Shown here one piece after another: positions 8,452 to 16,402 of a stretch of 46,151 nt of DNA. Each line of letters begins with the position of its first letter. Within the stretch, counting starts at the first letter, position 1. Under the pieces are notes generated by a model. That model was not told the DNA's origin. It saw only the letters and a program-made list of their open reading frames with translations, and did not search any database. The DNA is from a virus. A program made the translations under genes and the position numbers. The stretch is taken from IMG/VR virus record IMGVR_UViG_3300045988_148061; one strand, given 5' to 3'.

Positions 8452-8730
8452 TTAATTGTTAACATTCTCTTTAAAAGTTATCTTAAGAATACTTTTATTT
8501 CTTCCAACACCTTTATTTATATGTTTTATCCATCCTTTAGCTTCAAAGTTTTTTAATATAGTTTCTATTTTTCTTTTTGTTATATTCAATCTTTTATCAC
8601 AACTATTAGACAATGAAGCTAATGAATATTCGCAAATAAAACTTTTATCTTTACAACATTTATATAATTGTCTTAATACTTCTATTTCCACTATATCTGC
8701 ATCTAATGGTAAATAATAATATGTTAGCAT
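8452..8730 (-). CDS. Orphan winged-helix DNA-binding protein; paralog of the N-terminal domain of the replication organiser (23264..24007)
   Basis: SNSCDKRLNITKRKIETILKNFEAKGWIKHINKG aligns by eye with NSDKRLNLTTQKVRTILKKFEKEGYIKFLTSG of the organiser. Confidence 0.65.
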   Translation of the reverse strand: MLTYYYLPLDADIVEIEVLRQLYKCCKDKSFICEYSLASLSNSCDKRLNITKRKIETILKNFEAKGWIKHINKGVGRNKSILKITFKENVNN

Positions 8731-8742
8731 ATAATCACCTCG

Positions 8743-8758
8743 ATATTATTATAACATA
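8743..8758 (-). promoter_or_regulatory. Extended -10 element (TGTTATAAT) in a 16-nt block identical to 34075..34090
   Basis: Minus strand ATGTTATAATAATAT. Very close to the SD, so promoter function is uncertain. Confidence 0.35.
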
Positions 8759-8814
8759 TAATTATCACATACAGTATGTATAAATATTGAAATTTAAACA
8801 ATTAAATATCACAA

Positions 8815-8958
8815 TTAATCTATTTTATAAATTTCTTTCCATTCTTTATATGTAATACTTGAACTTATTTCTATTCTTTTACCTTTTGCATCTCTTGCAA
8901 ATCTAGTTCCTTTTAAATTTTCTATGTAAGGGATAGTAGTTGTTCTGCAATAAGGATG
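8815..8958 (-). other. In-frame continuation of the gp7-like ORF beyond its TGA (47 codons carrying the HPxCR motif)
   Basis: Same frame as 8959..9852. Encodes HPYCRTTTIPYIENL... with no start codon or SD of its own. Confidence 0.7.
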
Positions 8959-9852
8959 TCAATGAAAAGGAGGCATATTTACACCAACTATTGCATCCTT
9001 AACATTAAACACCTCCCCATCTAACCTTTGACATATTTCACTTGTACGTTTATCTAATGTCGCAAGTATTTTATATTTAGTTACATCACATTCCTCATAA
9101 GCCTTTTGTGATGCGATTTCCATAAAGTAACTATGTTCTGTATGTATAAGCCTAATACAATGCTTTAAATCTGCATCTAATCTTTTAGATAATGCTTTAG
9201 AAGTTTCTTTTACACCTTTGCCTTGTATAAGCATTTGAGTAAGTTCCTCAACCATAGCATTTTTTAATTTAGTTCTGTTGCTCCATAACCTTTGACTATA
9301 ATGTCTACCACTCCAGGGAAAAGCTAATATTTCTTTTATCATATCATTATCAATATATGAAAAACTAGCACCAACTCCTATAGCTTTGTGCATATCATAT
9401 ATAGTTTGGTAATAGTTATCTTTTATTGTACTACTATAAGCTATTTGAAGCCTTTTATTAGTGTTTTCATATACTTCATTGATGTATTTACCACATTGAT
9501 AAAACATTTCTTCTGAACGGCTTATACGGCTTTTCATTGATAAAGTATTTAATTCAAGTAAAAGTTCATCATCTGCATATTCTTCTATAAGCTTCATATA
9601 AGTTTTTAAATCATGCTTAAATTCTTTATATTCTTTACCATTTAGAAGCTTTTGAGCATCTTTATAGCTTAAATTATTATCATCAGCATATTTATAAAAT
9701 AAGTTGTTTATTTCCTTACCTATGTTATCCATAGCTTTTTTATATTCTTTTACTAATTCTTTTTCTATTTTCTTTAAATCTTTTAAGCCTTTTTTCAGTT
9801 TATAAGCCTCTCTTTTGGTCCAATATTCTTCATTAGGTAAATTATTACTCAT
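8959..9852 (-). CDS. SPP1 gp7 / Mu F-like minor head morphogenesis protein, interrupted by an in-frame TGA
   Basis: [17 protein letters not shown]...NMPPFH matches the family C-terminal region. It stops at CAT TGA CAT just before the expected HPxCR. Confidence 0.75.
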   Translation of the reverse strand: MSNNLPNEEYWTKREAYKLKKGLKDLKKIEKELVKEYKKAMDNIGKEINNLFYKYADDNNLSYKDAQKLLNGKEYKEFKHDLKTYMKLIEEYADDELLLELNTLSMKSRISRSEEMFYQCGKYINEVYENTNKRLQIAYSSTIKDNYYQTIYDMHKAIGVGASFSYIDNDMIKEILAFPWSGRHYSQRLWSNRTKLKNAMVEELTQMLIQGKGVKETSKALSKRLDADLKHCIRLIHTEHSYFMEIASQKAYEECDVTKYKILATLDKRTSEICQRLDGEVFNVKDAIVGVNMPPFH

Positions 9853-10665
9853 TTAAAGCACCTTCATTCTGTGCATAAAAATAAGCTTCCTCAATTCTTT
9901 TAGAAGCTATATCAAAATAATTATTATCTAATTCTATACCTATAAATCTTCTGCCAGTGTTCATACAAGCAACACCTGTGCTACCACTTCCCATTGTAAA
10001 ATCTAACACCAAATCTCCTTCATTTGTATAAGTTTTTACAAGGTATTCTAGTAAATCAACAGGTTTTTGCGTTGGGTGAATTGTTTTTTCTTTAGAATTG
10101 CTAACTACAGCTGGTATTTTAATGTAGTCCATTGGATTTTTTACTTCAGAATCGTACACTTCCCAACTTCTTGGTTCATAATCGGTTTGAAAACTAATTT
10201 CATTACCATCTTTTCTATAACTTCTCCAATTTTTTGTATTACCTTTTTTTGCCTGTTTAACTCTTTCTGATTTTCTCGGTTGCATTTGTTTGTTAAATGT
10301 AGGTTTCATATATGCAAATATTACGATATCTTCTGTATATTTAAGATGCATAAACTTCGCACAAGCAAAATTGCTCGGTTTATGTTTTATCCAAGTTAAT
10401 TTCTCTCTATATCCCTTTAAATTGCTATGAATCAATTCAGATGTAAAAGGTTCTCTACCAAACAATACTATTGATCCATTAGGTTTTATTAGCTTGTTTA
10501 ACTTATCCCACATTTTATTAAAAGGTATAACCGTATCCCATTTACAAACAGTAGTTCCTAACCATATGGAGGGTCTGTTATAATGGCATCAATTTTTATC
10601 CCTTCAGATATTAAACTATCCATAATTTCAAGACAATCGCCATTGTATAATTTAAAATTCTCCAT
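9845..10665 (-). pseudogene. N6A/N4C DNA methyltransferase (beta class), split by a frameshift at the DPPY motif
   Basis: 10558..10665 encodes [35 protein letters not shown] then TAG. The -1 frame continues [21 protein letters not shown]... into 9845..10513, which carries [10 protein letters not shown]. Confidence 0.75.
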
Positions 10666-10756
10666 AAATAAATCACCTCCAATAAAAACACTATAAAGTG
10701 TTTAGAAAAGTTCTTTTAATATATTCCCATTCTTAAGGCAATCCCCATTATATAAC

Positions 10757-12121
10757 TTATACATTTACATCACCTAATTCAGAATAATTGTCATCATAAA
10801 GCTTATTAGCTTCATTTTCTTTTTTCTCTATTTCAGCTTGAACATCTGAAACTCTAGGCGACATTGCAATTACAGTTTCTTCTGATAATATTCCAGTAAG
10901 ATTTTGCATTATTTGTGATAACTCTAACTCATTATTAGGAGTATTTCTAGTAAAGACTGGCTCAATAGCTAAATAAGAATAATCACTATTATTTTTCATT
11001 TTAGTATAAGCACATAATAACTCTATTCTTCTCATTAAACCTTTTTTAAATTTACTTTCCTTAACTCCTACTAAATTTTCAAGTCCCATAAGTTTAAATT
11101 TCATCGCGATACCACTAGCGTTATTACTGAAATTTTCATCAGTCATATTAGGTACAAAGCTAAATCTATGTATATCTTCATTTAACCTATTTTTATAATT
11201 CTCTAAAGCAGTGTCTTGTATATCTTTTATAAGATATTTTGCATCACTATCTGAATTTAAAAACTGTATTAAATTTATGTCATTTAGGTCTTTAGTTTGT
11301 TCATCGTCTATTAACTCACCATTAACTATTAACATACAATTTGTAAATAATTCAAAATCGTTAGCAGTATCTGATTGACTTTGGTCGTAAGCATCTATCA
11401 AGCTTATTACTTTTTCAAAATCTCCATAAAGTTCATCGTTGTTTATATATACATTTACTGGTATATCATCAAAATAACAATCTTCTTCATCTGATAAAAT
11501 TACATTGTTATCTTCAATAGTTCCTCTTATAATTTTACCATTAGCAACTATTTGCCCTTTGTCATTTTGAGTAGGTTTAGTGTATATTTCTAATCTAGTA
11601 ATAGTTTCATCTTCATCATTAACTCTAATTATTTCATCATAATATCTAATAGCTAATATTATATTTTCTTCTAAAGTGTTATCATAACAAACTATTAACT
11701 GTGAAGGGTCTATCGCTTTAAACCTAGGCTTAGCAAATTTATCTATGTACATTATTTCATAAGCATAACCATATATAGAAGCCATCTTTGCTAAAGTTGT
11801 ATTGTTGTCAGCTTCATCATTATACTTAAATATATCAGTTATTTCTTCTAAAAGCTTTTTGTCTTCTGTAGTATAAGCAATAGGTTTACCTAGTAAATAG
11901 CCAACCGCAGTATCAGTTATATACTGTGCATAAGGGTGAGATAGCTTGTTCTGTGGTTTATTTTTATTTTTATATACTCTGTTGTTTATCTTGTCATTTT
12001 TATTATTGTAATATTTTAGAAGCTTTTCTAATCTTGATTTTTCTTCTGAATGTTTATCTATCAAATCAAGTATTAAATCATTAGTTAAAGTATAATCTTT
12101 ATCTATTTTTATTTTCCTCAT
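10757..12121 (-). CDS. Portal protein (SPP1 gp6-like)
   Basis: 454 aa directly after terL. The LKYYNNK...NKLSHPYAQYITDTAVGYLLGKPI region resembles SPP1-family portals. Start trimmed to the ATG at 12121 after TAGGAGGTG. Confidence 0.8.
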   Translation of the reverse strand: MRKIKIDKDYTLTNDLILDLIDKHSEEKSRLEKLLKYYNNKNDKINNRVYKNKNKPQNKLSHPYAQYITDTAVGYLLGKPIAYTTEDKKLLEEITDIFKYNDEADNNTTLAKMASIYGYAYEIMYIDKFAKPRFKAIDPSQLIVCYDNTLEENIILAIRYYDEIIRVNDEDETITRLEIYTKPTQNDKGQIVANGKIIRGTIEDNNVILSDEEDCYFDDIPVNVYINNDELYGDFEKVISLIDAYDQSQSDTANDFELFTNCMLIVNGELIDDEQTKDLNDINLIQFLNSDSDAKYLIKDIQDTALENYKNRLNEDIHRFSFVPNMTDENFSNNASGIAMKFKLMGLENLVGVKESKFKKGLMRRIELLCAYTKMKNNSDYSYLAIEPVFTRNTPNNELELSQIMQNLTGILSEETVIAMSPRVSDVQAEIEKKENEANKLYDDNYSELGDVNV

Positions 12122-12131
12122 AATACACCTC

Positions 12132-13406
12132 CTATACGTTATATTTGTTTCTATCAAACATCTTGCCTCTTATCATATCGCTTTCAAGTGCATATCTTAT
12201 AGCATCTATAGTGTGATTGTTTTTATCTTCTAATCGAGGCTTAATGTTTCCATCTTTATCTGTTTGATAATCTATATTTTCAAATTCCTTGCAAGTATTT
12301 GGAGTTCTTTTAGGGTCTATTATTATAGCTTCTAAATCATCAAGCCATTTTTCTCCAAACTCAACACTTCCTGGACCTTTTTTAGCACATATCATTTTTA
12401 CTCCATAAGTAAGCAGTTCATCCTTAGATTTAGGCTCGGATGCGTCACATACAGTTAATTGATAATGATAATTTCTAGATTTTATAATTTGTGACAATCT
12501 TCTGTTAGAAGCTTTGACTTCGTAAAATTCGTCTAGTACGTAAATTCTTCTTCTAGTCTTATCATAATGAAGCCTAACAAATGCAACTGGGTCTGTAGCA
12601 TACCCCCAGTCAACACCTTGCCTTATATTGTCAAAGGAAGCTATTTCTTCATCAGTTATAGTCCTAAATTCTAAGTTAGAAAAAGGTACTATACCACTTC
12701 CAATAGGCTCACCTAAATATTCATGTCTATACTTAAATTCATTTCTCTTTTTAACTTCATTGGCTTCTTCTTTAAATGCTTTTGAAATATGTCTGTTTTC
12801 TAAATAAGTAGAATGATGAACATAAGTATTATCTGCTATAAATTGAGTATCGTATTTTTTATTAACCCAACTTTGTTTCCTTTTAGGTGGATTGTAAGAG
12901 TAAAATATTTTATATTCAAGTCCTTCTCCAAGCTCTGCTCTAAGTATAGAATTTACTATCGTTGACACTTCTTCTTCTGTTTTAAATTCAGCTAACTCTT
13001 CTATCCATAAAGTAGTTAAGGGGAACTTAGATATTTTTATAGATTTTATTTTGCTCGGATCGTCTGCCCCTCTAAATATAATCTTGTTTCCTCTTGGCTT
13101 ATATACTATCTGTAAAGGCGACTTTTTACATTCAAATAAATGTCCTAAATCTAGCATCTCAATAGCTTCTTTTAATTGCTCATATACTGACTCAGACAAT
13201 GTATTTCCAACTTTTCGTACACAAAGTATAGTTATAGGCTTTTTAATTATCTCTAATATCAGTGTAAAAGCTATGTGAGTAGATTTAGCACTACCTCTTC
13301 CACCTTTTAGCACGTAATACAAATAACTATCTTTTTTCACTTCACTATAAAACTTCTTAAAATTATCGTTGAATACTTCTGATAGTCTTTTACTCAAAGT
13401 TATCAC
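12132..13406 (-). CDS. terL: Terminase large subunit (PBSX family)
   Basis: Walker A LKGGRGSAKST near the N terminus and a C-terminal nuclease region. The start is uncertain: GTG at 13406 or TTG at 13397. Confidence 0.85.
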   Translation of the reverse strand: MITLSKRLSEVFNDNFKKFYSEVKKDSYLYYVLKGGRGSAKSTHIAFTLILEIIKKPITILCVRKVGNTLSESVYEQLKEAIEMLDLGHLFECKKSPLQIVYKPRGNKIIFRGADDPSKIKSIKISKFPLTTLWIEELAEFKTEEEVSTIVNSILRAELGEGLEYKIFYSYNPPKRKQSWVNKKYDTQFIADNTYVHHSTYLENRHISKAFKEEANEVKKRNEFKYRHEYLGEPIGSGIVPFSNLEFRTITDEEIASFDNIRQGVDWGYATDPVAFVRLHYDKTRRRIYVLDEFYEVKASNRRLSQIIKSRNYHYQLTVCDASEPKSKDELLTYGVKMICAKKGPGSVEFGEKWLDDLEAIIIDPKRTPNTCKEFENIDYQTDKDGNIKPRLEDKNNHTIDAIRYALESDMIRGKMFDRNKYNV

Positions 13407-13824
13407 CTATATCATCAATTATTGTTATAGGCTCTGTTATTTTTAGCTCTGTTTTATCTGTAAATAATTTATGATATTTACCCATTAACTCTAATGCTTT
13501 AAGTTGGTCTTTTTCAGATATTCTTTTTTCAGCTTTAACAACTTCTCCTAGTTGAGTAACCGTTACAATTTCTTCAAAACTTTCCCCTCTAGCCTTTTCA
13601 GATAATCTTATTAAAGCTTCATTCATTTGCATTATTCTCACTTGGTCTAATGCCTTCAATCTATCTTCTACATAACTTTTAATATGAGGTTTTGTCAAGT
13701 TTTCATATCCTATTTCTCTTGCACAATTTTCACTGTAACCGGCTTTTATTGCACTTTGTGTGGCATTAAGGCTCATAATATAATAGTCTGCAAAAGCCTT
13801 TTGCCTTTCGGTTAATTTACTCAC
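13390..13824 (-). CDS. terS: Terminase small subunit
   Basis: LTERQKAFADYYIMSLNATQSAIKAGYS matches the HTH start of small terminases. GTG start at 13824 after AAAGGAGGGG. Confidence 0.75.
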   Translation of the reverse strand: MSKLTERQKAFADYYIMSLNATQSAIKAGYSENCAREIGYENLTKPHIKSYVEDRLKALDQVRIMQMNEALIRLSEKARGESFEEIVTVTQLGEVVKAEKRISEKDQLKALELMGKYHKLFTDKTELKITEPITIIDDIGDNFE

Positions 13825-13863
13825 CTTAACCCCTCCTTTTAAATAAAATAAAAAAGACACCTA

Positions 13864-14010
13864 TTAACTAGATGCCTTTTTCCCCCTTGGTACTTCTTCC
13901 ATGACTTCAACTAGCCATTGTACCCTCTTAGGTATTTCAATAGTAGTTTTTACAACTTCATCTACATCTTTCCATACCTTAGTTTTAACCTTTGTTTTAC
14001 TCTCCTTCAA
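13864..14010 (-). CDS. Small hypothetical protein (48 aa, TTG start)
   Basis: GAGGGG SD 8 nt upstream of the TTG. Basic Lys-rich peptide. Confidence 0.4.
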   Translation of the reverse strand: MKESKTKVKTKVWKDVDEVVKTTIEIPKRVQWLVEVMEEVPRGKKASS

Positions 14011-14192
14011 CTCATTATCCCCTCTTGAGTTTTAATACTAGCACATCAATTTAAACTGATATGCTAGGATAAAAAATCAAAATAAAAATATTAAAAATAA
14101 TATAAGTAATAAGGAGATTAAGAATAATTATGAAATTATCATAAAGTATCTATGTTAATATAATACTACATATGATTTGTAAATAAAATGCA

Positions 14193-14221
14193 ATTTTAAA
14201 GTAAGAATGTAGTAATTTCAA
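14193..14221 (-). promoter_or_regulatory. Candidate late-operon promoter TTGAAA-N17-TAAAAT
   Basis: Read on the minus strand, between the activator gene and terS. Shares a 13-mer with 16007..16019. Confidence 0.5.
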
Positions 14222-14265
14222 TACTTCCGAGATTTTTTGGGTAATAAAAAAGTAGGCTTTTACAC

Positions 14266-14664
14266 CTACACTAACTCTACTAAGCTATTCATTATTCTAT
14301 CTTTGTTGTTCCATACGCTTTTAGTTTCATAATAATTTAATTTTACTGCAATTTTATTCATTCTAATATTTTCTATATAAAAAGCTTCTATTATATATCT
14401 ATCTTTATTATTCAAACTTTCTAAGAGTGCATCTGTTAGGCTTACCTCATATTTAAGTTTCTCTAATTCTTTTTCTCTTTTAACTACTGCATCTGATAGA
14501 TCACTTTTATTAGATGTTTGTATTTTATCTTTTGAATAATCTATCGCAGTAAGCGTATAATCATCATCAGTAACTAACCTTAACTCTAATATTTTAATTC
14601 TTGATTTATTTTTTTTATAATTTCTTAATAATCCCTCAACATATTTATATTTATCTTTAGTCAT
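14266..14664 (-). CDS. Late transcriptional activator (ArpU/RinA-like, sigma-70 region-4-like HTH)
   Basis: 132 aa. The C-terminal DRYIIEAFYIENIRMNKIAVKLNYYETKSVWNNKDRIMNSL resembles a region-4 HTH. It is the last gene before the packaging module. Confidence 0.5.
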   Translation of the reverse strand: MTKDKYKYVEGLLRNYKKNKSRIKILELRLVTDDDYTLTAIDYSKDKIQTSNKSDLSDAVVKREKELEKLKYEVSLTDALLESLNNKDRYIIEAFYIENIRMNKIAVKLNYYETKSVWNNKDRIMNSLVELV

Positions 14665-14702
14665 AATACCCCCTAGATATTATTGTTTTATCTGATTTCT
14701 CG

Positions 14703-14720
14703 TTAAAAGTTTTATTTTAT
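14703..14720 (-). repeat. Intercistronic palindromic motif, instance 1
   Basis: Plus strand ttaaaagttttattttat (TTAAAA-N-ATTTTA arms). Confidence 0.6.
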
Positions 14721-14726
14721 TGGAAT

Positions 14727-14879
14727 TTATTCTTCATATTCGCACCCAATACAATTGCCTTCTAGGTAAAAAACATTAGTACAAATAAATTCACATTGCT
14801 CTTCGCACTCGTAACAACACTTATGACAAGTGTTACTCCAACCTATCCTAGAAAAACTCCAAATATTATTTTCTTCCAT
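14727..14879 (-). CDS. Cys-rich mini-protein (50 aa, 9 Cys)
   Basis: MEENNIWSFSRIGWSNTCHKCCYECEEQCEFICTNVFYLEGNCIGCEYEE, with SD AGAGG. Shares CEF(I/V)C with the next gene. Confidence 0.55.
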   Translation of the reverse strand: MEENNIWSFSRIGWSNTCHKCCYECEEQCEFICTNVFYLEGNCIGCEYEE

Positions 14880-14889
14880 ACTTAACCTC

Positions 14890-14907
14890 TTAAAACTTTG
14901 ATTTTAA
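14890..14907 (-). repeat. Intercistronic palindromic motif, instance 2
   Basis: ttaaaactttgattttaa, immediately 5' of the SD of 14727..14879. Confidence 0.7.
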
Positions 14908-14912
14908 AGATA

Positions 14913-15062
14913 TTATTCTGTTTCTTCATAATATCTTTTTTCACATTCAAACTTATATGCTGGGCATACAAATTCACATTTTCTTATCTCTAAGCAATCA
15001 CAACAACAAATGTTCTTGTTTAATATATTACAATCATCATTCATACATTTAGCATCTTCCAC
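14913..15062 (-). CDS. Cys-rich mini-protein (49 aa, 10 Cys), tandem paralog
   Basis: VEDAKCMNDDCNILNKNICCCDCLEIRKCEFVCPAYKFECEKRYYEETE. GTG start after AAGGAG, with an alternative ATG at 15044. Confidence 0.5.
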   Translation of the reverse strand: MEDAKCMNDDCNILNKNICCCDCLEIRKCEFVCPAYKFECEKRYYEETE

Positions 15063-15100
15063 AACTTACAACTCCTTTTCTTAAATAAAAATTATATTAA

Positions 15101-15259
15101 TTAGAATACACTACCTTCACAAGTATTCTCTATGATTTCAGTTATAGTAACTACAAATGATTCATCTTTGTTTAGATTTGACAACTCACTTTCTTCATAA
15201 CCAAGGAATCTTGCATACTTGAACATAGTTTCCTCATTTAAATCTAATATAAATTTCAT
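15101..15259 (-). CDS. Hypothetical protein (52 aa)
   Basis: Start trimmed to the ATG at 15259, which follows the motif and AAAGGAAGTGA. Confidence 0.5.
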   Translation of the reverse strand: MKFILDLNEETMFKYARFLGYEESELSNLNKDESFVVTITEIIENTCEGSVF

Positions 15260-15272
15260 AATTTCACTTCCT

Positions 15273-15290
15273 TTAAAATTTTGATTTTTA
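15273..15290 (-). repeat. Intercistronic palindromic motif, instance 3
   Basis: ttaaaattttgattttta, directly 5' of the SD. Confidence 0.7.
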
Positions 15291-15308
15291 TAAGAATTTT
15301 TATTTTGA

Positions 15309-15527
15309 TTAATAGTTTTCAATTTCTATATCGTCTAATAGTCCATATTCTTCAATCCAAGTTTTCAAAGTTTCAATCTCAATTATAACTTCTACTTCTT
15401 TTGCATTAGTATATGTACCATTTTCTTCATTTGAAAATGTTACTTCATCTGCATCACTTATTAGAATTTTGTTTCCTATATCAAATCCTTGCATTTTTAA
15501 AAGTCCATTTTTTATCTCATAATTCAT
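15309..15527 (-). CDS. Hypothetical protein (72 aa)
   Basis: ORF-track ORF in operon phase. Acidic product. Confidence 0.5.
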   Translation of the reverse strand: MNYEIKNGLLKMQGFDIGNKILISDADEVTFSNEENGTYTNAKEVEVIIEIETLKTWIEEYGLLDDIEIENY

Positions 15528-15550
15528 TTTAATTTCATCCTCAATTTCCT

Positions 15551-15568
15551 TTAAAATTTTGATTTTAA
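15551..15568 (-). repeat. Intercistronic palindromic motif, instance 4
   Basis: ttaaaattttgattttaa, with perfect 7-bp arms. Confidence 0.75.
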
Positions 15569-15586
15569 TATTCTAAAACTCCTCTT

Positions 15587-15745
15587 CTATTTTAATATCA
15601 ATTCTTTTCTAGTTTTTATAAAGATAATATCTTTATCTTTTATATTATGTTTAGTTATAAAATAATTCATCTTAGGATAATCTAAGAAAAATCTATCTAT
15701 GATTTCTCCACAAAATCTAACTCTAATCCAAAACTTGTGCTTCAT
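15587..15745 (-). CDS. Hypothetical protein (52 aa)
   Basis: ATG after ACGGAGGAAGTT. Product MKHKFWIRVRFCGEIIDRFF... Confidence 0.45.
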   Translation of the reverse strand: MKHKFWIRVRFCGEIIDRFFLDYPKMNYFITKHNIKDKDIIFIKTRKELILK

Positions 15746-15800
15746 AACTTCCTCCGTTTAAAATATGTTTTTTATTTTCCTATCCGTTTTTGTGGTGTTT

Positions 15801-15887
15801 TTATTTACTTCTTTTCTTAGCTTTATCATTTAGCCTTTCTAATTGCATAAATAAATGATTATTTAAATCACCTAAAGTATTTTTCAT
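15801..15887 (-). CDS. Hypothetical peptide (28 aa)
   Basis: Strong SD (GGAGGGGG). Product MKNTLGDLNNHLFMQLERLNDKAKKRSK, possibly a truncated gene. Confidence 0.35.
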   Translation of the reverse strand: MKNTLGDLNNHLFMQLERLNDKAKKRSK

Positions 15888-15983
15888 ATTATTTCCCCCT
15901 CCAAATTAAATTATATCTATCTAAAATATTAGTTTAATTTACATAATATTTGTTATGTAATTGTCCTTTAAATATACATTTAC

Positions 15984-16014
15984 AGTATACTTTGTCGAAA
16001 CATAGAAATTTCAA
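15984..16014 (-). promoter_or_regulatory. Promoter-like element TTGAAA-N19-TATACT
   Basis: Same AAGTATTGAAATT block as the late promoter, but the spacer is suboptimal. Confidence 0.3.
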
Positions 16015-16072
16015 TACTTTCAGAAATCGCTATTTTTTACTTGATATTTATTTAACACCAAATATTACAAAA

Positions 16073-16321
16073 TTATTTATTTATATCTATAACTATGTTA
16101 ATAGCTTCTCTATAAAAATCATCTACATATATATCTTTAACTCCTATTACATTGCAATTGCTATATTTATTCATCCAACTTTCATTTCTTAACACTTCCC
16201 ATTCCATAGACACTTTTCTATCATCTTCAGTTATCATTTCATGCCCACATTCTATGGGCTTCCATAGCCTTATAAGAGAATTTTTACATATATTTTTTTC
16301 TATAAATTCAATTAACTTCAT
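16073..16321 (-). CDS. Hypothetical protein (82 aa)
   Basis: ATG after GGAGGG. No recognisable motif. Confidence 0.5.
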   Translation of the reverse strand: MKLIEFIEKNICKNSLIRLWKPIECGHEMITEDDRKVSMEWEVLRNESWMNKYSNCNVIGVKDIYVDDFYREAINIVIDINK

Positions 16322-16402
16322 TTTACCCTCCATTTATAAAATACAAAGGGACTAATTACAAAGCCCCTTAGAATTGATTTGAATAGCTTCCATGTATTAC
16401 CA

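Noticed and set aside
8959-8961. Genome-wide TGA reassignment (code 4-like) to explain the in-frame TGA.
   Set aside because: TGA is used as a genuine stop with correct gene ends and coupled restarts elsewhere (525..527, 19987..19989 and 25457..25459). No other in-frame TGA-interrupted genes were seen.
14030-14062. 11-bp-stem hairpin CTAGCACATCA-N8-TGATATGCTAG upstream of the small gene and terS, considered as a terminator or pac/cos signal.
   Set aside because: No T-tract follows it on the coding strand, and I have no way to recognise a pac site from sequence alone. It is left unannotated and would need terminase cleavage or read-end mapping.
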